Notes: generated by a model not told the origin, from the letters alone. DNA of 64,000 nt from Bacillus subtilis subsp. subtilis str. 168 (GCF_000009045.1 NC_000964.3:2604001-2668000); one strand, 5' to 3'; counted from the stretch's first letter, positions 53,652-61,435 are shown. Program-made: numbers and translations.

Positions 53652-53727
53652 ATCAATTTTTTTTGATGTATTTATTATACTCATGATTTTTAAATTAATG
53701 CAAGCAAATAAATCAATTTATTTTGAT
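53652..53727 (-). promoter_or_regulatory. ars operon promoter flanked by two ATCAA-N6-TTGAT operators
   Basis: TTGCAT(53703-53698)-18 bp-TATAAT(53679-53674); palindromes at 53652-53667 and 53712-53727. Confidence 0.75.
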
Positions 53728-53942
53728 TAATTGTAAAACCCGCTAAAAGCTTGTGTAACCAGATAGAGGTTTTCCATTTTTATTATTTCCTCCATCGCTA
53801 CTTTGCTACTACAGCAACGGAGATCATAAACGCTAATTTCTAATTTCAAGAAAAAAACATTAAATAATTTTTGTGAATATGTAGAATCGATAATAATTCG
53901 AGATAATACGTATTTAGTCAGAGCACACAGATTTATCATCAA

Positions 53943-54000
53943 TTAAAACCTTATGTGAAGATATAAGCCATTCAATCCATCCTTCCACATAAGGTTTTAA
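53943..54000. terminator. Long hairpin after yqcI
   Basis: Perfect 15-bp inverted repeat TTAAAACCTTATGTG (53943-53957) / CACATAAGGTTTTAA (53986-54000). Confidence 0.55.
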
Positions 54001-54005
54001 ACAAT

Positions 54006-54770
54006 TTAATCAGACCTTTTCTTTTTGAATAAGTTCTTCATTTTCATAAAAGGGCATTGTGACACTTGATTTTCATCATCTCGCAAGAAGTACTGTTTCC
54101 ACTCCAGATTGTCTTTTTTTCCATACCATCCTAAATGCGGATGGATAGGTACTTCATCATATGCCTCAAGCCTTTTTCGAATTTGCTTACTCATATTTCG
54201 TCCAAATGCAGTAGTATCATTTAGATCCTCAAAAACCCATCTAGGCTGAAACGTCAACATAAAATAAGGAAAACTTCTGCTTTTTCTTTTGCTGTGAGCC
54301 GGTGTAGCACACAGAACAAAATATGGTTCTCCATTAAAACAGTATTCCCATTGAAAGTTATCTGGATTTTCTGGTATATCATCTGGCCAATCAGCTGGAT
54401 CTTCCATACTCAATGAATTGAGCAACTGCCAAAACAACGATTCGTAATCCTCAATTTTGTAATCAGTCAGTAATTCTTCTGGTGTATGAAATATTACAGT
54501 TAATGATGCATACTTTCCTGTCTCTCGTGAAATAGTTCCATACCGAGTAAGCAATGGCGCTAATTCCTTCGCAGTCTCGGGATTCCTAGGATCACCGACA
54601 AAAGCAATTCGCAGCTGGTCGCTTAAAAATGCTTGCCTTCCCGGTATACAAGGAAATTTATTTTCTTTATCACCTATTTTTTCATTCAAATAGTTAAACG
54701 AATCTAATTGCCAACCAGGTAGCGTTTCTTTAATTTTTTCAAGATCACTTTTAGCATATAACTCAGTCAA
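54006..54770 (-). CDS. yqcI: YqcI/YcgG family protein
   Basis: TTG start 54770 (254 aa; SD GGAGGTGG); KFPCIPG, WEYCFNGEPYFV, FQPRWVF, LEWKQYFL. Confidence 0.88.
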   Translation of the reverse strand: MTELYAKSDLEKIKETLPGWQLDSFNYLNEKIGDKENKFPCIPGRQAFLSDQLRIAFVGDPRNPETAKELAPLLTRYGTISRETGKYASLTVIFHTPEELLTDYKIEDYESLFWQLLNSLSMEDPADWPDDIPENPDNFQWEYCFNGEPYFVLCATPAHSKRKSRSFPYFMLTFQPRWVFEDLNDTTAFGRNMSKQIRKRLEAYDEVPIHPHLGWYGKKDNLEWKQYFLRDDENQVSQCPFMKMKNLFKKKRSD

Positions 54771-55104
54771 TAAATCCACCTCCGAAGGCATTTATCATAA
54801 TGTATTGCGGGAGCACGAAGGAGGTGAATGTCTAATTACTTTTTCATATATCCAAATGAATATTAATTAATTAATTGGTTAAGTTTTAGTGGGTAGGTAA
54901 GTAATTTTCTTATCAAGAAAAATCCAGAATCAGTTCTGCGTTTAGCTGTACATGCACACTCAGCCCTCAAAACGACTAACGCTGGACTTTCTGGATGTTT
55001 TCAATTTTAAACTATCACAAGAATGACCGAAATTCCCTGTTTTTTGATGCCAAGTCATGGTACTCCCAGGAGGGAATTTCATAACTCTCTAAAGCAAAAA
55101 GTTA

Positions 55105-55175
55105 TTGCGGTCTCACCGAAAATTTAAATTGCGGTGCCCTATTTCCTTTTTCTGCGAACGAAAACTTGTTAATAT
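55105..55175 (+). promoter_or_regulatory. ComA-type binding site and extended -10 of the rapE promoter
   Basis: TTGCGG(55105)-tctca-CCGAAA(55116)-7 bp-TTGCGG(55129) tripartite arrangement, with a 5-nt rather than 4-nt first spacer; TGtTAATAT at 55167-55175. Confidence 0.65.
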
Positions 55176-55212
55176 TTACAGTACTAGTAGAGTTAAGGGA
55201 AGGGTGAATATC

Positions 55213-56340
55213 TTGATATCAATCACATCAGCTGAAGTGGGAATGAAGATTAATGAATGGCATAGGCATATTCAAAAATTCAACGTAACTGATGCTGAAA
55301 TGTTAAAAGCTGAAATAGAACGTGATATAGAGGTTATGGAAGAAGATCAAGACTTGCTTATTTATTATCAACTAATGGCCTTTCGCCATAAAATTATGTT
55401 GGAATACACGCTGCCATCTGATGAAAACCGAATGGAACTTTCAGAATATTTAAATAAAATTGAGGGCCATAAGAAAAAATTAGACAATATGCGGGCATAT
55501 TATTATAACTTCTTCCGCGGGATGTATGAGTTTAGAAACGGTGAATACACAAGAGCCATTACATATTACAAAAAAGCTGAACGCAAAATTCCTACAATCT
55601 CCGACAAGATTGAAAAAGCTGAGTTTTATTTTAAACTGTCTGAAGTCTATTATCATATGAAAATGACACACATTTCGATGCATTACGCTGAGCTTTCATA
55701 CAACATTTATAAGAAACACGAGCTTTACTCTGTTCGTCGTATTCAGTGCCATTTTGTCATTGCCGGTAACTACGATGACCTTGAAAATCATGAAAAAGCT
55801 CTCCCCCACCTTCAAGAAGCTTTAAAAGGTGCCGAGCTGCTTAAAAGTAAAAATACTCATATCTATGCCACTGCGTTTTTCAATCTCGGCAATTGCTATC
55901 ACAAAATGGACAACTTAAATAAGGCTGCTCGTTACATCGAACAAGCCTTGGTTCAATACAGAAAAATTAACTCTGACGTACTTCCGCAAGCTTATCATGA
56001 CCTAGCGTTGATTTATTTTAAACAAGGCAAAAAAGAACAAGCAATGGATTGCTTCCGCAAAGGAATCAGAAGTGCTGTAGATTTTAAAGACGAACTATTT
56101 ATGAACTTATTTGAAGCATTAGACGTTCTTTATATAAGAAATGGCGATACACCTAAACTTCTCAACATTTTTTCTCGTTTAGAGAACGGCAAAGGATACC
56201 CTTATCTGGAAGAGCTGGCATTGTTAGGAGGCAACCTTTTCGATTATAATGGAAAAATAGAGGATAGTATCATCTGTTTCAAGAAGATGGTATATGCTCA
56301 AAAGCAAATATCGAAAGGGGAATGCATGTATGAAATCTAA
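55213..56340 (+). CDS. rapE: Rap-family TPR phosphatase RapE
   Basis: TTG start 55213 (375 aa); EVGMKINEWHRHI, EEDQDLLIYYQLM, YYYNFFRGMYEF, TPR repeats. Confidence 0.95.
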   Translation: MISITSAEVGMKINEWHRHIQKFNVTDAEMLKAEIERDIEVMEEDQDLLIYYQLMAFRHKIMLEYTLPSDENRMELSEYLNKIEGHKKKLDNMRAYYYNFFRGMYEFRNGEYTRAITYYKKAERKIPTISDKIEKAEFYFKLSEVYYHMKMTHISMHYAELSYNIYKKHELYSVRRIQCHFVIAGNYDDLENHEKALPHLQEALKGAELLKSKNTHIYATAFFNLGNCYHKMDNLNKAARYIEQALVQYRKINSDVLPQAYHDLALIYFKQGKKEQAMDCFRKGIRSAVDFKDELFMNLFEALDVLYIRNGDTPKLLNIFSRLENGKGYPYLEELALLGGNLFDYNGKIEDSIICFKKMVYAQKQISKGECMYEI

Positions 56341-56464
56341 ATTGTTTATCAGTTTATCCGCCGTTTTAATTGGACTTGCCTTTTTCGGATCTATGTATAA
56401 TGGCGAAATGAAGGAAGCATCCCGGAATGTAACTCTCGCACCTACTCATGAATTCCTTGTTTAA
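56330..56464 (+). CDS. phrE: PhrE signalling pre-pro-peptide (pentapeptide SRNVT)
   Basis: Read by hand: MKSKLFISLSAVLIGLAFFGSMYNGEMKEASRNVTLAPTHEFLV* (44 aa); overlaps the rapE stop. Confidence 0.93.
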   Translation: MKSKLFISLSAVLIGLAFFGSMYNGEMKEASRNVTLAPTHEFLV

Positions 56465-56496
56465 TTCGATAAACAACATTAGTTCTGATTCCCTTT

Positions 56497-56518
56497 AGCC
56501 GTTTCATAACGGCTTTTT
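56497..56518 (+). terminator. Terminator of rapE-phrE
   Basis: AGCCGTT-tcat-AACGGCT-TTTT. Confidence 0.75.
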
Positions 56519-56573
56519 CTTATTTCTAATACTGAAAAAATCTATCATACTTAAAGCTTTTGAGGTGAACATT

Positions 56574-56986
56574 TTGGACTTATTTGATGAATGCTTAGAA
56601 GCTCTAGGGAAAAACAAAGAAATCTTATCAGAAGAATTAACGGCAAAATATTATGAACTGCTTTCAAACAGTTTTCCCTTACATCTTGGGGACGAATCAA
56701 GTGGGAAGAAGTTTGTTGTCATCAATCTATAGATTACGAGGAAGAGATTTACGATTGGCTAGCTAAACACCATTTTAAAGATAGGAACATTATTATTCTT
56801 TGGGGTTACGGAGAACAGCCAGCATTAAAAACCAGTCTTGAGCATGCATTAAACGTAATTGATGATGTAACTGCCGTTGGATCGGATACTTTTATGTTTA
56901 GTGAATCTGGCTACGTTATCGAATTTTTTCATGATGGCGATGTTACAATTGGAAAGTCCCCTTTCATTGAAAGGATTAACAAATAG
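56574..56986 (+). pseudogene. yqzI: Frameshifted orphan immunity-like gene; the 5' part (56574-56732, 52 aa) corresponds to yqzI
   Basis: TTG start after SD GAGGTG; frame 1 MDLFDECLEAL...SNSFP; one base missing at CCC TT ACA (56676-56683); the other frame is open for 101 codons TSWGRIKW...DDVTAVGSDTF...YVIEFFHDG...INK* to 56986. Confidence 0.75.
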
Positions 56987-57101
56987 GTAAAATGACACAG
57001 ATCGAATGATTCATTTCCACCATTTGATCCACATAACAGTTAGTTTCATCATTCTTCCATGGTAATATTTTGTTATGACGATTAAATGAAAGGATATGAT
57101 C

Positions 57102-58697
57102 ATGAAAGTATTTGAAGCCAAAACCTTGCTCACCGAGGCTGAAAAGCGAGCACAGGAATACAAAGATTTAAAAAGTAAAATGGTCAAATTAAAGAAAGCG
57201 TTCAAAGCTGTTGCAGATTTAGATGATAGCGAGTTTTCAGGCAAAGGCGCTAATAACATTAAATCATTTTATGAAGATCAAGCTGGCATTGCTGACCAAT
57301 GGATTGATTTAATTGAGATGAAAATTTCTTTCTTAACGAGTATTCCTGGTTTTTTAGAAGATGCCAACTTATCAGATGCCTACATAGAAGAAACCTTTTT
57401 AGCGCATGAGCTTGCTAACGCCTACACCAAATCAAAATCCATTATGTCTGAACAGAAAAAAGCCATGAAAGATATATTAAATGATATCAACGATATACTG
57501 CCTTTGGATCTGTTCTCGACAGAAACTTTTAAAAATGAACTTTCGTCTGCCGAAAAGAAACGAAAAGAAGCCATTGAGAAAATGGATGAAGTTGACCAAA
57601 ACTTAACATCAGAATACGGACTATCAGAAGCAAATGAACAAATGATTCAAGCTGATTATCAAGCTTTAATGAATGCGACAGCAAAAGGCAAAAGCGCCTC
57701 TCCTATTCACTATAATGCGAAGGCTTATAGAGACAGTGAGATTCACAAGATGACTGAGGATGTAAAGAAACAATCAACAGACTACATCTCTTTTAAGGAC
57801 CAACAGGCGGAACAAAGAAGAATTGCAAAAGAACAAGAAGAACTGGCGAACAGACCATGGTATGAAAAGTCTTGGGATGCTGTTTGTAATTTTACAGGAG
57901 AGGTCTCTGGATATTATGATTATAAAAGAGCCGCTGATGGGGTTGATCCTGTTACCGGCGAAAAGCTAACTGCTGGACAACGGGTCGCTGCCGGTGCAAT
58001 GGCTGCGGCAGGATACATCCCTATCGTAGGATGGGCAGGTAAATTAGCTAAAGGTGGAAAAGCTGTTTATTCAACAAGTAAAGCATTGTATAGAGCAGAC
58101 AAAGCTCTCGATGTATATAAAACACCTAAGACATTCCATGCCCTTCAAAACTCCAGCAAAGGACTTTATGGACTTGCTTCTGCAAATGGTTTTAGTGAAG
58201 CTATAACAGGACGCGATATGTTCGGGAATAAAGTCTCCAAAGAGAGGCAAGAACAGAGCCTTAGTGGTGCAATGGCAATGTTGGTTCCTTTCGGAGCTCG
58301 CGGAATTAACAAAAAGCTTAATGCAAAATCAAGTTCTCGAGTTAGCGAAGCATCGACTAACACCAGCAAAAAACCTAAAGTTCCTAAAACGTACAAAAGA
58401 CCAACTTATTTCCGTAAAGGCGTTAGAGATAAGGTTTGGGAAAATGCTAAGGATTCAACCGGATCTGTTAAAGACCCGTTAACAAAACAAGTAATGAAAA
58501 AAGATGAACCATGGGATATGGGTCATAAACCAGGTTATGAATTTAGAAAACATCAACAAAGTGCGATGGAAAGAAATATTAGTCGAAAGCAATTTTTAGA
58601 TGAACATAATAATCCAGACCACTATCAACCCGAATTACCTTCCTCCAATAGGAGTCATAAAGGGGAAGATATGACGGATGATTACTTTGGAGATTAA
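57102..58697 (+). CDS. yqcG: LXG-domain type VII-secreted nuclease toxin
   Basis: ATG 57102 (531 aa); LXG N-terminus ([13 protein letters not shown]), pre-toxin DPVTGEKL region, C-terminal WDMGHKPG...ELPSSNRSH (GH-E/HNH-like nuclease). Confidence 0.92.
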   Translation: MKVFEAKTLLTEAEKRAQEYKDLKSKMVKLKKAFKAVADLDDSEFSGKGANNIKSFYEDQAGIADQWIDLIEMKISFLTSIPGFLEDANLSDAYIEETFLAHELANAYTKSKSIMSEQKKAMKDILNDINDILPLDLFSTETFKNELSSAEKKRKEAIEKMDEVDQNLTSEYGLSEANEQMIQADYQALMNATAKGKSASPIHYNAKAYRDSEIHKMTEDVKKQSTDYISFKDQQAEQRRIAKEQEELANRPWYEKSWDAVCNFTGEVSGYYDYKRAADGVDPVTGEKLTAGQRVAAGAMAAAGYIPIVGWAGKLAKGGKAVYSTSKALYRADKALDVYKTPKTFHALQNSSKGLYGLASANGFSEAITGRDMFGNKVSKERQEQSLSGAMAMLVPFGARGINKKLNAKSSSRVSEASTNTSKKPKVPKTYKRPTYFRKGVRDKVWENAKDSTGSVKDPLTKQVMKKDEPWDMGHKPGYEFRKHQQSAMERNISRKQFLDEHNNPDHYQPELPSSNRSHKGEDMTDDYFGD

Positions 58698-58711
58698 GGA
58701 GAGATTGTCTA

Positions 58712-59290
58712 ATGGGCGTAACACAAGAAAATAAAGTAATTGCTAGAACAGTTTTAGGAGCTTTTGGGGGGAAACCGAAGGTTACGAAATATTGGGATGA
58801 TAACAAGAATAGCAGCATAGATATTTTATCGGTTAGTGACCAGCCTCAGGAAGGTATCACGTCATATTCAACTCTAGGTTTGTCGGATCATTCTATTAAT
58901 TATGAGGTGAATGGCACTCCGTTGCGGATAGAAATCGTAGCTGCAATGGAGTCAGCTTCAGACATATATGCTAATGTTTTATCAACTTGTGCCTTTAATA
59001 TAATCAACTCAAATTTCACTTGTGCACCAGGTGTTATTTTTAAAAATGTGATTAGTATGTATGATCAGGAAACCGACATGAAACATATTATGTTCGTTCC
59101 CCCATTTTTATGGGAGGAAGATTTAGAACTACTTGAATTTAGTAACAAAAATGTTACTTGGCTAATGGCTTTACCTATATCCGAAGGAGAATTGCAAGTA
59201 GCTGAAAAACACGGCTCAGATTATTTACAAGATCTTCTGGAATCAAAACAGATTGATATTTTTGATATAAAGAGAGAATCTGTTGTTTAA
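58712..59290 (+). CDS. yqcF: Immunity protein for YqcG (SUFU-like family)
   Basis: 192 aa directly after the toxin; YSTLGLSD, CAPGVIF, VTWLMALPISEGE. Confidence 0.88.
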   Translation: MGVTQENKVIARTVLGAFGGKPKVTKYWDDNKNSSIDILSVSDQPQEGITSYSTLGLSDHSINYEVNGTPLRIEIVAAMESASDIYANVLSTCAFNIINSNFTCAPGVIFKNVISMYDQETDMKHIMFVPPFLWEEDLELLEFSNKNVTWLMALPISEGELQVAEKHGSDYLQDLLESKQIDIFDIKRESVV

Positions 59291-59316
59291 TGACTTTAAT
59301 AAAGAAGAGTCACTTT

Positions 59317-59349
59317 ATAAGCCCCTCTCAATGAGAAGGGCTTATTTTA
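59317..59349 (+). terminator. Terminator of yqcG-yqcF
   Basis: ATAAGCCC...GGGCTTAT-TTT. Confidence 0.7.
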
Positions 59350-59407
59350 TTTAATTTGAAATCAGCTGCAAATAATAGAAGAAAATGACTGAGGTAAGGA
59401 GAATTCT

Positions 59408-59554
59408 ATGATTAATGAAGAAAAACACACAAACCCTCAAGCTAATAACAATATATTTGGAAGGATAGATACCTGGTATTCTGTTCATAGGAGTTCGAAC
59501 TTGAGGGAAAATAAAGAAAGACCAGCTTATTATGTGGCTGGTCCTTATCTTTAA
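59408..59554 (+). CDS. 48-aa ORF, probable gene remnant
   Basis: SD AAGGAG 6 nt before ATG; MINEEKHTNPQANNNIFGRIDTWYSVHRSSNLRENKERPAYYVAGPYL*; no family recognised. Confidence 0.3.
   Translation: MINEEKHTNPQANNNIFGRIDTWYSVHRSSNLRENKERPAYYVAGPYL
59510..59543 (-). terminator. Terminator of yqxI-yqxJ
   Basis: GACCAGC/GCTGGTC inverted repeat followed by TTTCTTTATTTT on the - strand. Confidence 0.6.
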
Positions 59555-59913
59555 TTAAAGAAATGGTTATGTAAAGCTTTAGAAAATCCAAAACCTTCTT
59601 CTGGTCCCTTTAACCAGAGAGAAATAAACTTTTCGAAATCCACTTCTTTTTCAATATCTTTCAAAATTCTTTTAAATTCTTCAGTAAAGTTATGAAGAGA
59701 GACCTCTTCGCCATTTTTAATCTTATCAGTGTACTGGCTCGTTAACTCTCTTAATTCTTGATACTGTTTTTCACTTAAATCATAGGCCAAAACTTGATCA
59801 AATAAGCCAAACCGATCATAATCAGCTGCTAATTGTTGGACTAACCTTAGTTGAAAAGCCTGCTTCTCGACTTTTTTTTCTAGGTTGTCAAGCCTTTCTT
59901 CTACTGTTACCAA
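59551..59913 (-). CDS. yqxJ: YqxJ, small cytoplasmic helical protein (YhaI/DUF1878-like by eye)
   Basis: 120 aa; no hydrophobic segment; starts 15 nt after the yqxI stop. Confidence 0.8.
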   Translation of the reverse strand: MVTVEERLDNLEKKVEKQAFQLRLVQQLAADYDRFGLFDQVLAYDLSEKQYQELRELTSQYTDKIKNGEEVSLHNFTEEFKRILKDIEKEVDFEKFISLWLKGPEEGFGFSKALHNHFFN

Positions 59914-59928
59914 TTCAAATCACCTCAA

Positions 59929-60408
59929 TTAAAAAGCTAAGAAAGTAAATACACTTGCAATAGTTCTAGCTGTAGAAGATTTTACACCAGCATCAATTAG
60001 ATATGAGGAAACCGTGTCAATAATTGCGTCCTCCACAACGTCACCTCGTTTAACTAACTCGTCCAAAGCATCTGCTACATCATCAGTATGTTTTGCGAAT
60101 GTTTTTCCTGCTGATCCACCTAACTCATCGACTACCTCACCAACAATTCTCCCACCATGTCGAAGCGCACTGGCTGTTGCCTTCATTGCTTCTTTAGCAA
60201 TCCATTTTTTAATACCATTTGTGTGAAATTCACCAGATTGTTCAGTTGTATTAGTTGGTAATTCGGATAGTTTAACGGGAGTTTGATAAGTGACTTCCTG
60301 CTGTGCCTGTAATGTTACCTCTTGAGCTTTGGCATGTCCATCCAACGGAAGAACTAATGATAAAGAGAATGTTAATGCAGATGTTGCTAAAAGTAATTTC
60401 TTAAACAT
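59929..60408 (-). CDS. yqxI: YqxI, secreted protein (signal peptide, polar spacer, amphipathic helical C-terminal domain)
   Basis: 159 aa; MFKKLLLATSALTFSLSLVLPLDGHAKA (A-X-A signal-peptidase site). Confidence 0.82.
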   Translation of the reverse strand: MFKKLLLATSALTFSLSLVLPLDGHAKAQEVTLQAQQEVTYQTPVKLSELPTNTTEQSGEFHTNGIKKWIAKEAMKATASALRHGGRIVGEVVDELGGSAGKTFAKHTDDVADALDELVKRGDVVEDAIIDTVSSYLIDAGVKSSTARTIASVFTFLAF

Positions 60409-60537
60409 GAAATCAATCCCTTTCTTTTAAATTATTTACATGTAAATGATAACATTATGTTCAGACTAGAAAAATAATACTTTTTACTCAAATATTAGAA
60501 TAATTTTGAACTATCTGTAACAAAATAAACATAAGTA

Positions 60538-60564
60538 TCTCCTTGAGAAAGATACTCAAGGAGA
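60538..60564 (-). terminator. Terminator after cwlA
   Basis: 10-bp inverted repeat TCTCCTTGAG/CTCAAGGAGA. Confidence 0.65.
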
Positions 60565-60572
60565 CTATTTAT

Positions 60573-61391
60573 TTACTTCAAGAGAGCTTCAAGTTTCGCT
60601 TTCGTTTTTGGTCCGTAAATACCGTCTTGAGTAAGCCCGTACATAGACTGGAATCGTCTAATTGCATCTGCTGTTTTCGGACCATACACGCCGTCAATGC
60701 CGTTGTTTTTTGCTCCTTTATCCGGGTAAAAGTATAGTGCAGCCAGTGCTTTTTGAATTTGTGTTACCTTTTCCCCTCTCATCATTGGGCTCTTCACTTT
60801 AAAAATACCGGATGGTAGCGCATATGACGTTTTTTTGCTGCTTGTGTTTGTTGTTTTCTTTTTAGCTACACTTGCTTTGCTTGAGTTTGTTTTTCCGCCC
60901 AACTTTTTCAATTCTGCTTCAATTGCAGTCTTAACTTGAATCCATCTTCCCTCTGACAAAATGCGGTGCGGGCAATACTTACCATTCCAGTCTTGATGTT
61001 TGCGGACTCGATCAATACCCCATCCACGTTCTTTAAGTAGCTGAGCCACAAACTTAATAGCAAGCTTTTCCGCTGCCTTATATCGTACCCCTCCTGACTT
61101 GCTATAACAAATTTCGACACCAATAGACTTGCGATTCCCTGTACCGTTTGTTCCATCTCCTGTGTGCCAAGCGTTACGATTCGTTGGAATACCTTGAATG
61201 ACTTGTTTATCGTCTACTGCAAAGTGAAAACTTGTTGAGCTAGAGTTATTCTTCATGTAAGAAATCTCATTGGCTGCTGAAGCATCATTCGCAGTGTTAT
61301 GAATAGTGATATATTCAGCTTTCATTGGATTAGGACATTTCAATCCATACTTTGATTTAGAGACTAGATTCTTTACAACTTTAATGGCCAT
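60573..61391 (-). CDS. cwlA: Phage endolysin, N-acetylmuramoyl-L-alanine amidase CwlA
   Basis: 272 aa; ITIHNTAN, SFHFAVD, WHTGDG, KYCPH, C-terminal DGIYGPKT peptidoglycan-binding repeats. Confidence 0.94.
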   Translation of the reverse strand: MAIKVVKNLVSKSKYGLKCPNPMKAEYITIHNTANDASAANEISYMKNNSSSTSFHFAVDDKQVIQGIPTNRNAWHTGDGTNGTGNRKSIGVEICYSKSGGVRYKAAEKLAIKFVAQLLKERGWGIDRVRKHQDWNGKYCPHRILSEGRWIQVKTAIEAELKKLGGKTNSSKASVAKKKTTNTSSKKTSYALPSGIFKVKSPMMRGEKVTQIQKALAALYFYPDKGAKNNGIDGVYGPKTADAIRRFQSMYGLTQDGIYGPKTKAKLEALLK

Positions 61392-61435
61392 ATACCCTCT
61401 CTCCTTCTGTCAGTAAGATAAAAAAAGCCACTGGC

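Noticed and set aside
53727-53942. 71-aa - strand ORF upstream of arsR, including a 16-codon tail with GGAGG 11 nt before ATG 53777
   Set aside because: The long form has no SD, and the short form ends inside the ars operator. It may be a gene remnant but cannot be assigned.
54818-54866. + strand AAGGAGGTG followed by a 12-codon ORF (MSNYFFIYPNEY)
   Set aside because: The ATG is only 1 nt after the SD motif, which is too close. The motif is better explained as the complement of the yqcI anti-SD arm.
56657-56732. Programmed -1 ribosomal frameshift as the explanation for the split yqzI gene
   Set aside because: No canonical X XXY YYZ slippery heptamer or obvious downstream stimulator in the overlap window, so a single-base deletion is simpler.
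57011-57259. 82-aa - strand ORF; likewise 58166..58396, 58579..58818, 60908..61156 and 63812..63997
   Set aside because: Antisense or out-of-frame overlaps with yqcG, yqcF, cwlA and the tail-fibre gene, with no independent support.
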